Shown piece after piece: positions 1 to 13,700 of a stretch of 64,000 nucleotides of DNA. The notes below the pieces were generated by a model. It was not told where the DNA came from and did no database searches. It saw nothing but the letters and a program-made list of their open reading frames with translations. Within the stretch, counting starts at the first letter, position 1, and every line of letters begins with the position of its first letter. Source of the stretch: Lingula anatina (taxonomy: Eukaryota; Animalia; Brachiopoda); assembly GCA_051362555.1 (NCBI GenBank), contig CM120640.1, positions 37,157,967 through 37,221,966 of the forward strand, written 5' to 3'. The translations under genes were made by a program, and so were the position numbers.

Positions 1-1422
1 GGTAACTACATATAGCAGTCACATTGATAGAAGAAATGATTTCCATAAAACATTGTCAGTTCTCCAGTTAATGTAATCAGACCAGAGGCAGTATTCAAAA
101 TAAGTGGTAGTGATAGAGAAGTTTACCACAGCAAAAGTGGCTTATTTTCAAATCAAATCGTATTTCCTCTACTTGATCCAACTGTTGTGCTGTATTGTTT
201 AGTTTTTATGGAGTTACCTTTGCCTCTTTATCAAGCAGAAATTTAGCTTATCGGTAAGCTTAATGGTGTTTAGTGGAAACAATGGGTGTTTGGTTATCTA
301 GAGATATATGAAAGTTCAATGCTGTTTTGATTCAAACCTATTTAACTCTAACTTCAATAGGTGGATTGTTAAATAAAATGGAATGCCTTGGTCACAAAGG
401 TTGTTAAGATTTTCCTTAAATTCACTTAGCTATATGCTTAGTGTATAGACTTCCAAATTAAAAGATTATATCTTATGTTCTTCCCTACTTTACTAAGTAA
501 AGAAAATTGTTGTTATCATATACTTGACAGTGACTTCATACTCTGTCACCTGTGGCTATAAAACCAACAAGTATTTAATCCCCCCCTCCCCCAATCATTA
601 ATCTAATATATTGTTAGATAATTTTATGGAAAAAAATTAATGTAATATATTGTTAGATCATTTTGTGTCAAACCAACATATACTGTGTATCTATCTGCTC
701 CTTAAGTTATCTCTTTTTTTGTTTTCTTCTTGGATTACACTTACTTGTCACATTGCCTAGATAAGTTTTACTTGTGGTGCATTGTTATATATTTGCTTCT
801 ATTCTCAGTCTTCCAAAGGTAAAGATATATTAAAGTTTTTTTCTTTCTTTTGTGTTTTTTTTTCATGTTGCATATTTACCTGCTGTGGACAACTCTACTT
901 ATATACTTTGACAATTCAATTAAAAGGTGAGTAAGAATTTGAAATTTAAATTGTCATAAAAATATAATGTTGTATAATACCTTCAGAATTGAGCTGTAGG
1001 TATTTACTTTAAAAATTATGTAAATGTATTCTGGTAATCTACAGCTGGTGCTATCCACTGTTAGTCATTTCCCCATCTACATTAATTTTATCATAGCCGT
1101 ACCATATGGGCACACCTAAATATAAACAGGATTCTCTTTGTCCTCTATTTGTTAATCATTCTTGGACTTCAAAGACAAAAATCACTACTAAAATAGAATA
1201 CTGTTGTAACATATGCATTCCCATTGTTGGAATGACAATACACCATATCATATAAATGATGAAAATTATTGATTATTTGATATCATCAAAGTGCAGGAAA
1301 GACGTTACTTTGGTATTTACAGTAGATACCAGTTGTGAAAATTCTTAGTCAAGAATCTGATTTAATGACCTTTGATATTTGATATCTAGTTGAATTCTTT
1401 ATTTGCTATCTACTACCATACC

Positions 1423-1428
1423 AATAAA
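1423..1428 (+). other. Possible polyadenylation signal of a convergent plus-strand gene lying left of the window
   Basis: Overlapping AATAAATAAAA ends a long T/G-rich non-coding stretch (1-1420) that resembles a 3' UTR. Inference only. Confidence 0.3.
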
Positions 1429-2648
1429 TAAAAGCATTATATTGTATTTGATTCTACAGCACCTTATTTAAAGATTGAAAAAATAGCTCTACAAGAGATG
1501 ATATGGCTGTTTTCCACCACCTTTATTTTACAAAACTATTACAAAACATATCACATATCATCAATTTATCATCAACTTATAATGCTGTTTTACAGTTTCC
1601 ATAAGCATTGTGTTCATACAATTGTTCTATGCATCATATTAATTTATACTTCATATACTTAAAATTGCATTTAAGTTTTTTATTGTTTGTTTTTGTTTTT
1701 TCAACATCCTACTTCCATTATTCCTGGTAATAAAGGGAAACACAAGGATGATCATGCCATTTCTGTTATATGTGATTATTTAATTTTTGTAATATTGAAT
1801 TGCGAGGTCTCTCTTACATGTGTACTGTTGTAATAGCATTAATTTACATTAAACAATAATAATATAAATAAACTGAATAAAAGTGAAAGACAATTGAATA
1901 AACAAAATGTAAGGTAAGTACAGTGGCAGTTATGGATATATACATGTACACAAAGAAGAAAACGTTCTCTCTGTTGAAATATTTGTTTAAATTTAAGAAT
2001 ACGTGTCATGTACAGCAAACCACTACATCGTTGGCAGATAGATATCTGATTCAATGAAAGGATGCTGTAAATTAAATATAGTAGTAGCTAAAAATAATAG
2101 TTTGTGTTGATAGAAGGTTGTTAAGTTTATTGGAAGCACTTGAACTTTGTTGTTTACTAAAGACTTGTAGATATGTAGAAAGTGCACATATATGCACATG
2201 TAAGTGGTACATTTAGCCTTGACCCCTGTGGTTAGGGTTATATTATAAAGTCCTCCTGTTCCTTCGGTAATAATCCCACAGGAACAATCATTTCTGGATT
2301 AGAAGTCAAGGTTAAAATGTATTTTTTCGTCATGTGTGATACAAATGTGGATCAGTATAAAATAATATCATAACCAAATTTAAAGCTTAAGGTTACTGTT
2401 CATGAGAATAGTGTGGGGGTGGTTGACAGTCATAATTGGCATGATGATGTTGGCATTGGGTTGATGGCTCAAAATCTGATCAGTGTTGAAATCAAGGGTT
2501 AGAGTCTTGTTGGTGAAATGCACTGCATTGCCATTTCTAAAATATTAGTTTGATCATGTATTGGTCAAAAAATAATCAAGATTTAACATGGAAATTAAAT
2601 TCAAAAGCTCTCTGTTCAAAACTGTGAAGCTTCTATTTGTCATCTTGC

Positions 2649-5600
2649 TTAAATGGGATTTTCCTTGATACCACTGTCTTCTTGTGAATCCTGCTTCACA
2701 TCTTCTGTACAGTTTGTGCTTTTTTCAGACTTTTCTTCTATTTTCTCAAACGTTCCATTCTTGTCACTACTTGTCGGTGACACCGGAGGATCAGGTAGAG
2801 GGCGACTGTGTTGACTGCCCCTAATCCTTCCTGGAACCTGACTGCTATTAGATTCAGAAGACGGGCTTTTTGATATTTTCTCCTTGTGACGCTTCCTAGA
2901 ATTTGAAGGAATATTTAATTGAATTCAAGTTGTTGCTCATACTATGTAAAAATCATGATACTGTGCATGGCATAACTGCATGGTTTTGAAATATAATTGG
3001 ATACTTTTACTATTTTGGCAGATATGTCTGAACTTGAATATTTTTAGTTTACACGCATTACAATAGGGCAAGTTTCAGGTGAATTACCCTGAATAATAAT
3101 ATGTGTAGGTTTGTTCCTTTAATATACATACCATCTACTACAATTGTTATTATGGTTTATACAATGACATGTAGGTGAATTACCCTGAATAATAATATGT
3201 GTAGGTTTGTTCCTTTAATATACATACCATCTACTACAATTGTTATTATGGTTTATACAATGACATGATATTCCCTCACCTTTTGAATCTGATGAGTAGA
3301 ACTGTAAGAACAACTAAGAAGGCCAGAGATATGACACATGCTATAATAATCCCAGCTAGAAAAAAGAAAAAATTGTAAACATAATTTGCAGGTTTAATTT
3401 GTTATAATTTAAGATTATTTGCTTTTTGTTCCTTTTATGAACAAGCAAAGTCATTCACTGTTTTTTTTTCCCTTATTTATTGGATCTATAAGTTCTGTTA
3501 GTCTTAGATATGTTGTGAGATATATGTGTACTCAATCTCCATAAATATACACATCTTAAGAAATTATGATGAATGAGTACAACTTGGCTTATATGGTAAC
3601 AAAACAAGTAAATTTCTTTTTTATTATAATTTCAATCCTGCAAGACATTACTACCCAAACCAGAAATAATTTACTTTTTTACCATTACTACAAAAGAAAC
3701 AATGAAAATCTTATTTCACCATGCTTTGAATAGCTCTTTTTTTGTTCAATTCATAGCATACTATACATACCTATAGAGGGTTCATTATTTGCATCTGAAA
3801 TAATGATTATATAGGTCCTTTAATAGTTTGTTAGTGAAGATTATGCAATTGAAATCAGGACAGTTCCCAATACAACCCATCAACTTGCTCCCAGATTATG
3901 CCACATGAAAGATGGACACGCAAAAGGGGATGTCAGATTTTTTTTTATATATGTGAAACTCATAAGAGAAAGCCCCAAATTTTTAGAATATTTTTCTAAC
4001 CTGAGAATAGAACTTTTACCTGGCAGTGTGTGTGTATTTTCCATCTCTGCCAACTTCTCTGTATTTTTATTTTCTTCCTCCGTATTCATCTTGACTGTAG
4101 TTGTTGTTGAGGGAGGTTCAGTGGTGGGGATATAGTTTGTAGGGCTGCACTGCACAGTCACAGGTTGGGGGGCTAGGAAGATAAATAACTGTGAATTTAT
4201 ACAGGTACATGTGTGAAGCAAAATTCAAGAAACTATGTGCGTAATATGAATGGACATCGGATATAGCAAAACTATGAGACTAATGCATAAGAAACAACTC
4301 TTAAATCCAGACTCAAATGAGGATTTTTTGCTTTAAATATAAACATATTTTGTACATGATTATATATCAAGTTTCTAGGAATCAAAAGTTTGAAATGTAT
4401 TGTGTATTTGTATTTGAACAAGTGTTATGAAGCTTGCGAAATGTTGTTTCCAGGTATTTGTCCTGATTAAGGATGTGCTTTTTCTTCTGAACATCTAACA
4501 TCTTCACATAATAGAATTTAATTTGCTGCTTTCTTGTCATTGGACTAACGTTGGTTTTGATCATCAAATGTTTACTTAAATGATTTTTTTTTTCAATTTT
4601 CAAGACAAACTCACACTTGAAATTCATCCAAAATCCTTTCCCTTCTTGCTGTCCATCTGCCACAAATCGCACCAGAACGGAACCAAATTTGGTTGTGTAG
4701 TTGAAGTTCCTGTGCAAACTGCCGCATCGCACTATGTTGTGGTGACCATCATATATACGTATAAAATCCCTTTGACAATCCTTACTCCATTCTATTAGGG
4801 CATCGACAAAAGTCAAGAGAAGTTTCGCATCTGGCTTTGTGGTAATATTACACGTACAGTCTGTCACTGGGCCATAGTTGTTTGGGTAGTTTGGTGATTT
4901 GATGAAGCCTGTCAGTGTGCTGTGAACTCCACCACGGATACACATGTCCAGGGTGTCTTTAACTGAAAAGAAAAAAAATCTTTGAAGAACTCCTTTATCA
5001 TGTAATTGTTGTTCCTTTTAAATTTTGCGTTACAGTGTTTGGCATTAAGGATGAGTGACTTATTATTTGAGAAGTTATTTGTACTAAAGGTACTGTAGAG
5101 TTTCAGGACTTAATACATGTCTGTGGCATATGTTGGGGGAGGGGTAATTCTACAGAATATTCTAGAAACTACATATTACGATCATGTTTTCAATAGCTTT
5201 CTTTTAATTCCTGATGTCAACTTCATATCACATGTATATATTGATTGATTTATTCATTCACTCACTCATTCATTCAAAAGATAAAAGACCAACTTTTGCT
5301 TTTCTGAAACTGGCCCTGGTTTACCTGGTATACAGCCATACTGTACATAGTTATATGTACTGTATGCACTACACCATTGCATCCATGACACTGTCACAGT
5401 TGTAGAACATGTGCTCTTTCCGACGCATTCCTGGAGCTTGGCATCTGTGTCTGTGGAAATGACATCAGTGCAGTCCCCCTCCTGGTATTCACACTGGTTA
5501 GGCTGGCGACTGATGCCTTGTATGGCTTTGGTGATCATGATCATGTCTAGTTGACTGCACTTGCTCAGGTCTATCTTTGGTACTCCGTAGGAATTGAAAC

Positions 5601-6364
5601 AGCGACTGGCTTCATGGAGTTCTTTTAACAAAAGAAGTGTGATGCAGTTGATTTCGGCTAAATTCTAAATGAGCAATGTTTGCAGTCCTATACCATTTAA
5701 AGAATTAAGTGCACTAACCTATTTCTTAACCAAGAAGGAAAAAAAAGCTTACACGACAACATAAGTTTTACATAAATTTTTTAGTAAAAAAAAATTGAAA
5801 ATAGCCAATAATTCTTAGATATATGATTGAATTAATTTCATGTTAAATCATGCCTTTGTAAGTTAGGTTTACAGTCTTGAAGTGTCTTCCCTATCATTTA
5901 CTGCTCTTGACAGAACATCTGTGGTTCCCTTATTATAGACACTTTCAAACTAACTGCCATCCAAAAGTATTTAGAATTGACCTTGGTCAGATGCACTATT
6001 GCTAGTAATTTTCCACGTCATTATGTAAAGCAAACGCTGATCACCACAATTTTTAATATTCTCTTTTTCCTCATTATTACCAAATTTTACATTTTCCCTT
6101 TTTGTTTGGAACAAACTTAACTTGTTTACAGAGTTAAATGCTTACAATGCACTCATACAGCAATTAAATTTCATTTAAATCTGTTGACTTCTTTTTTACC
6201 ATCTTTTGGTTGTTTTTCAAGTAACTTTTTCAAAACTGCTAAAATTTCAAGAAATGTCTTAAGAAGCCTTAATACTTACTATAGTGTCCACCTATGCTCA
6301 GTACTCCCATTGCAGACATGGTAAATATTAGTATTTTCCATCTATTCCCTGTCCAGTTGTCCAT
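2649..6364 (-). CDS. Gene 1: SUEL-lectin + CUB type I membrane protein, ~409 aa, 7 coding exons
   Basis: Hand-spliced GT-AG exons: 6280-6364 (signal peptide MDNWTGNRWKILIFTMSAMGVLSIGGHY), 5325-5621 (SUEL-like, ...CVGKSTC...YNYVQYGCIP), 4615-4962 (CUB, GFIKSPNYPNNY..CTC..GKGFW), 4020-4172 (VTVQC + Thr-rich stalk), 3771-3794 (24-nt microexon), 3280-3355 (TM AGIIIACVISLAFLVVLTVLLI-RFKR), 2649-2895 (tail, TAA). Exon lengths keep frame throughout. Confidence 0.88.
3077..3267. repeat. Direct tandem duplication, 2 x 96 bp, intronic
   Basis: aggtgaattaccctgaataataat...tatacaatgacatg at 3077-3171 recurs identically at 3173-3267, in the last intron of gene 1. Confidence 0.95.
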
Positions 6365-9300
6365 TCTGGTCAGTCCCTCCCCAAGCTTCCAGATCCTGGT
6401 CAGTTTCTGCCTGCCCTGTGCCTTGAGATAAAAATTAATAATTGGGCCTAATTGTTGGCCCCATCAAGGGGTACAGCGGTATCTATACAGCTGAGATAGT
6501 ACTCCTATGGACTGCATTATGCTGTGATGAAAATGCCAGCATTGTGGACTGTCTTCGCCAGGAAGGGTGTGGTGGGAACGAAATGTAGCGATGGAACAGT
6601 TGTATGTAACATATGGCACCAGGCTGATGGCAGTGCTCAATCAAGAAAGTTTAATGTGCCATTGATCATGGATATAGACGAGGTTGTTTATAGTCACTGC
6701 ATTTTTATCCACGTGTCTGTTTTATTTACTTTGTTAATTTGGAGTTTTTGTTGTTAAATAAGTTGTTGTATTTAAATGGAAAACCTCACTTGTGATATGT
6801 CTTAATGGCGTATTGTAAGACACAAAAATTTCTGATATTTGAAAAATGTTGACAGATTCTTGAAAAATGTGCACAGCCATCTGTGTCACAGACATGTTGT
6901 TGTAATATCAGTCAACTGTCAGGCAAATGGGTAACACGACTTCCAAATCTAACAACTTTTTACTTGCTTTGCTCAGATGGGAAAGTTAACACATGCAGCT
7001 ACAGCTGTATATAAGAAACGTCCCAGATTTTGAGGAACTGAAACAACATGATGATGATGTGGAAGTTAATGTAAGAAGCAATAAAAAAGAACTGAACTGC
7101 AGTTATAGAGAAAAAAAAGGAGCTGTCAGTTACATAACAGCGGCTTGGTCAGCAAGGCTGTGTGAAGCACATCATGGTGACGAAGTAGTGCAGCTGTACA
7201 CCTGAGGCAAATGCAAAAACACACATGTACTAAGATATGATGTAACTTCATCTTAACATGTTCAGCATACATCAAAATGTCAGTTACATGAAGATAGCAT
7301 TTTTGACATTGTTGACCATTCTTGTGGTATCTTTGGTTTCTATTGATGCTCTGCTTATATTTCTCCTGTACTGGATATAATTTGAAACTTTTCAGAGTTG
7401 CTTGTGATAACTTTTTGTAAATGCAAATGTATTGATGCTGTATTTTTGTTTTGCATTTAATTTGATGGTATTTTTTGCTTGAAAATAAAGCAGACCAAGT
7501 TACAAAATCAACTTGATCAAATTTTTCCAAAAGCTATTACACTTTTATGGCTGCAAAAGGAAAACTTTGTTTACTTGAAATTCAATTTACATGTAATATC
7601 CCTTGTTGTAAATAGGTTCACATAAGGCTGAGAGTTTGAAAAAAGATTATTTATTTTTACAAAAGCCTGTACAATTTTCTATTTTTTGTATTGGTTTTTA
7701 TTTTCTGGTACGTTCCATATACTTAGGTATTGTTGTCCTTTCAATTTCCAAATTGTACAATTGTATTTGCTGGGAGGATCTTTTTGGTAAAGTCCAGGTC
7801 CAAGTTCAAAAGTTGGCATAATTTAACACAATAAACCTATCTTTAAGAGATTTTTTTCTTTCTCCAGTTGCATCTTAATTTTAGTGCATATAAATCTCTC
7901 TTAATCTTATCTATCATAATCGCAATCAGTCCCATTTTGCTGAATTTTTACCCCATCTTCTCTAGCACAATTATATGTGTTAAAATACTATTCTTCATGA
8001 AAATAGTACATTTGATTATTTTATTATATATATAAAATGTATGGATTGTCTATGTGCAGTTGATAATCATTATCTAGATATGAAAAGCATACAGGATTAG
8101 TAACATTTACTGATAAATGGGCCAGAACTGGCATTGGTGGATTTTCTGTTCACGGTGTTGGAGATACAGTATTAAGAATGTAAGCATCACCAGCAGAAAA
8201 TAAGCAGAACAAATTTTTATGTGACAATAGTATAATATATTTGCTCCAGAATTTTGTTAAAATTGTTTTATGGCCATGGAAATTCACTAAAGCTGCTTGT
8301 CTTATGGTTGATGCCATCTTCTTATTGATTGGTTCATGTTTCTAAAACCTAGAGATTTTATTCCCCTTTGAGAATTGAGTAAGAAATTCAACAATAATAA
8401 CATTGCTTTTTGTATGATTTATTTGACATGTACCATGTAATTTACAGAGGTAATAGTCAGAATTTTGGGTGATGCAGTTATAATGACTGTGTTATGACTT
8501 AAAAATACTTTAAAGAGGAAGCTTTCTTATCAGCCTACAACAGTGTTGTCCATTGACAGCAACTTTTTTCAGTTCATTAGTGCAGGCTAAAATGAAAATT
8601 GGGATCTCGCTTCATGAAAGAACTTGAGTCAAAATGATCTTTGGCTAATCCTGGTTAGAATCTTAAAAGCCTAAGTTATTATATTTAACAAAGATTTTAA
8701 AGGGCTGCTGAAACTTTTTTCATTTTTAAACTGGTGCCTTTGACCAAATGTAATATTAACTGTCATGGCATTAGTATTTTTTCATTGTTCATATATTTAG
8801 TTTTAGATTAGCCTAAAAACTTAAACCAATTAATGAGACTGACTATGGTGTTTCTTTCTAAGAGTGATTCCATGGTTGTGCTATCTTACCTAGTTATGTA
8901 TATAGTATTACATATACATGTAGATATACATTATGTGACTTTGTATTGTATTATTATGTTGAAAGGAAATATTTGAAGGTGTAATGTGTTATTGATCCTT
9001 CTCAAGTTTGATAATGCTTCTGTATGAAAATTTTTGATATTGGTTCTATTTTTTTTCTTAGTTTTGGTTCTTTCAAATACTGTCCAGTTAAAGTTTGATC
9101 TTTGTTTGCAAGAAAACTCATATTTGAAAATAGTTTATTGGATCTCAGATTTGATAGTCAAAAAGTTTTCATTTATGATAGATCTAGATATTTGATTTAC
9201 CTATTTAATGTTTTGTCCGTTCATTCTGACAGACTTGGTCACAACTGAATTACCTGTTCAGGTGAAGGTGAACAGGGTATTACCTCAGTCTTGATGATGA

Positions 9301-9683
9301 CTTGTTAATCCCTCTCGCCATGATGACATTCTCAAACCCACCTTGCCTCATTTACAGTGTACCTTTGTTGTGTGATGCCTGAATATTTCGCTGGCAAATT
9401 ATTACCATTTTCAGTTATTCTTTGTTCTACTATACAACGTAAGTACCAATAAAAACTACATATTAAGGAAAAAATGTATAGGGGATTAGCTATAAATGTC
9501 ATGTTAATAATATATATAGATTTTGACATGTCAACATCTTTCATTTCTTCAACATTTTCATCTTTTTTGTATCGTGAATTATTTCTAATTATTCAAAATT
9601 GTCTTCTTTAAAGTTCCTTCGTTGTGATAAGATGCTGTTTTCTTGTGGTTTAACAGCAAAGAACCTTTGATAAGAAACTTTTC

Positions 9684-10669
9684 TCAGTGGGGGCATCCTC
9701 TGTGTCCATGCCTTAGCACGCATTCCTTTCTGTGCCTCCTCATCAGTTCTTGCTGAGGATTGGTACGAGTCCGCAGACTAGGAAGAACAAACCATGAATG
9801 TGATTAATATAGAGCTGGCTTTTATTTATTTTGTAAAGGAGTGTTTACTATTCAACAGTTTGTTCTAAATTTTATTGTTTTATTTTTTTTTTATTTTAAA
9901 ATAAAGGTCAAATTCTGTAATTTCTAATGATTTTTTTATCCCATGCATATTACATCAATATTTAAGCAAATTTAGTTAATGATGATACTATAAATGATGC
10001 AGTACTTGATACTCACATTCTCACTAAAATGCCCACCACAACAATCAAGAGAATGCTACCAATTACTGATGCTGCAATAATAGTCACTGAAACAAAAGGG
10101 AAAAAATATAGCTATTTTGTGAAGCACATTTTAAAGTAGATCATGCCACAAGCTGAGTCACTATGTGTAAAAAACTATACACTGTCAAAGGGACATGTAC
10201 CCTTCTCAGATGTGTAAATATATTAAACATGACCTTATAGATACAATGAGCATGATGTTGTTGCAAATTTGGGGAACTGCTTTGTCTTCTTTGTTAATAA
10301 TTTTTTTAGTTTCTGTCCAGCTTATGATTAAAAGTGGGTGTATTATGGGTAGTTATGTGCAAATTATCATGTCTCACCCGTGAGAGAATCATTGGCATCC
10401 CCATACTTTGAAGAATTTTCTTCTTTGTCTGAAAAAATTTAATTTAAATACAACTTATTGCACATTATGATATGTATCTTTGCACTAGTGGAAACTGGAA
10501 ATCTTCCAAAAGAGATATTGTAAAAATGCTGATTTTTGTTATTATTTTTTAAAAAGATTAGTTTAAAATGGTGTTGCTAAAATCGTACACCGATAAGTTT
10601 TTATCTGTAGAAACACTGACCAGTAGATTTAATGGATGAAGGTTATTTTACCAGGTCATAGTTTCTCTC

Positions 10670-10709
<40 letters not shown>

Positions 10710-13700
10710 TTATTATTTATCATTAATTAAGGTAACTGTTATTTATTACTTTATGTGATATCTGAAACTAGGCAGTTGGGGCATCTAGGGCCTTAATTAA
10801 AAAAAAAGACAAATGAGATTGCAATGTACAAGTTATAAAATCTGACCTTTTTCCAGGGTCTTGTCACCTTGCTTTTCATCCCTTCCAGCATTTTGCACTG
10901 GGCTGGTACTGTCTGTTTGCAGGAGTTGGTTTTTTCTTATGTTTGTAGATTTATGGATAGGACCTCTACCACCCTCAGGCTGACTCCTGCTCTTGAATTT
11001 CACTGCTTCTGTTGTTGTTGTCAAAGATTTGGCACTTGCCTTTTGGACCTCATTGAAGTCTGATTTTGTATCTGTTATGTTCTTTTGTCTCCTTCTTTGC
11101 CCCTTCCTATGGATTTGTCTCACATCAGTTCTTTGGGGTTGTTTAGTTTTTCTTGTGTAGCTTCTGGGAATGGGTATGGTTGTTGTCTTTTTTGTTGTTG
11201 GAGTGTTAGTGGTGACTGTTGTAGTTGGAGTAGTTGTTGTTGTCGTGGTTGTTGGTGTGGTAGTAGTGGTTGTTGTAGTAGTAGTAGTAGTTGTGGTTGT
11301 ACTGGTTGTAGAAGTTGTGGTGGTTGTGGTAGTTTGGGGCCTGGTGCTGGGAAGGCTCTGGCATTTCACATGCACTGTTTCTGTCTTAGGATGTACTGGA
11401 ATAGGAGAAAAAGTGTTTAATTGTCATTAAAAATCTCAGTGTGTGTCCACTGCCACAAAGTTAGTGGAATAACAGTCGTGGTCTACACCTTTTTTTCTCA
11501 GGTGCTGAGAAACTATTCTCGGTACAAATACAGGGAATTCAGATGGCACAGAAGAGCCTGCTATCATAAGTGGCTATAGCTAGCTATGTTAAATTAATGT
11601 TGGCTAATAACAGAATTATATTGTACATAAGTTCTGTTGGGACAAGAGTAGGCACATGGAAATAAATGGAAATTAAAATGTATCGCTGTAAAAAGGGATT
11701 AATGGCGTAACTATACTGGTCCTTATTTTCACAGTTTGAACAAAAGAACCTGTGTGATGGCCAAAGCATGTAGTTTTGCATATTTTTTTTTCAAGTGTCA
11801 CACTGTAAAGAATATTATAACTATCCAACTTACTGTATTACCTTCATATTTCAACAAGAATCCTTCTTGTCTGGATGATTTGTACCAATCAGAGTCAAAA
11901 GCAACTGTTAATGGTTTCCCATAAGTGGCGAATTGCTTGGGGCTGTAACTCCCACAGTAGTTTTCCTCACGTCCATTTTCTTTGATGCTAAGTCGGTCTT
12001 GTTCACATCCCTTGCTATATTCCAGTTTCATCATGACCCGTGTTATCAGCAGCCTGCTGCCCTCTGGTGGCACAAACTCACACTGACAGAACGTTCTGTC
12101 TGGATAGGGTCCAGGGTAGTTTGGAGAGCTGATGTAACCAGAAGATTTCACCTGATCTGCTGGGCCACAGATGTCGTGTACAAGATTTCCTATAAATAAA
12201 GTTGTGATATTTCTAAATTTCTGCTGCTTGACAAATTCCTTTCAGAGAGATTCAAATGATTTACAGAATTGTCACTCTAAGAGGGCTTTCCCAATGTAAG
12301 TATGGTTGTATGTAGATGAATGCAACTCCACGGGGACTCTTGCTTAATGCAATTAGTTTGACTGAATGGCATCATGTGATCATGTGCTCCGCTTTTTCAC
12401 TTCGTTTTAAGTGCGACCCAAAGCACACGAAAGTTAATCACCCCTAGCTGCTTGAGGAGGTGTGTCATTCAGTTAATCTGATTGCATTCAGTGAGAGTCC
12501 CTGCATATTTGAATCAATCTACACAGAACAATAGTTTCATTGGGAACCTGCCCTAAGAGGATGAAAAGTTCACTGACAAAAATATTTAGCCATGTCTGTT
12601 TCATTAGCACGAAGTAACTCTAACACAAGTTGCATATTATTTCTGTTTACTGTTTAGTGAGCATTTTACAAAAACATATCTTGGAGAGAATGTCCAAAGT
12701 ACTGAAGAAAATTGCCCTGATGGTCCAGTAAACAGTGTCATTCTTTAATTCATATAATTCTGTCGAATCCTCTTTGTGGCTCCAACAGGAAGAAAAGTTT
12801 TGAATCTGCAGAAAATAATATGAATATGATATTGTTTATTACAGAATTTTAAAAGTATTTTTATAGAAAAAAAATGAAAGATTGTACAAAAGATATTTGA
12901 ATTACCTTGCACACACTCAAATTCCACATACATGTAATCACTAAACTGGTGGCAGGCGGAGAGAAAATACAGCATCCCCGTGATGCGACAGTTACTGCGC
13001 CCTGTGCACTTGAGGACATCTGCTGGTAGCTTTGGACAGCCATCTTGGTCATAATCGCAACCACAGTCATTGACATGATAGCCACAGGATCTGTTATTGC
13101 CTGATGTTACCTAATATTACAAGTTTTGTCTTTTTATCATATGTATACATTTGTTAATTTATAATGTTTGCATAAAAATTAATGAGGCTTGATGAGCATG
13201 GGTAAAGTGCTATCAGTGTTGAGATATAACTGACTGATACAATGAATGTAAGATTATGAAATTTTTATTGTGCAGGATAGGGCATTTTGTTCAAATCATG
13301 AATATAAATACAGTGTACATGTATCAAGAGAGGGTTTTCATAGGTCGCTATTTTTTTGTATCGCGTGACAAGAATGAACTTATCTTTGTAGTTGAAATGG
13401 GTAAATACAAGTTAAACATATTTGATGCAGACATTATGGCTTAATGATATTTAAGTGATTATGTGAACTGTACAATACAAACAAAACAAAGCATAGCTAT
13501 GAGAAGCTAAAAAATGGTCACTGTAAGATTGTAGTCATAGAAATTGAATACTGTATTTGCAAGTGTCACATATTTTCCCTGATGCAACATGTATCCTTTA
13601 ATTAGCAACCATCAATATATTTAAATGTACAGCACTGACTTCAAATTTTATTTTAAGATGAAATGAACAGCATAGAGAGTCCTGCTTACTCTGAGTCCAG

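Noticed and set aside
11085-11430. Plus-strand poly-Val and Cys/Ser-rich ORFs
   Set aside because: Antisense shadows of gene 2's poly-Thr stalk exon.
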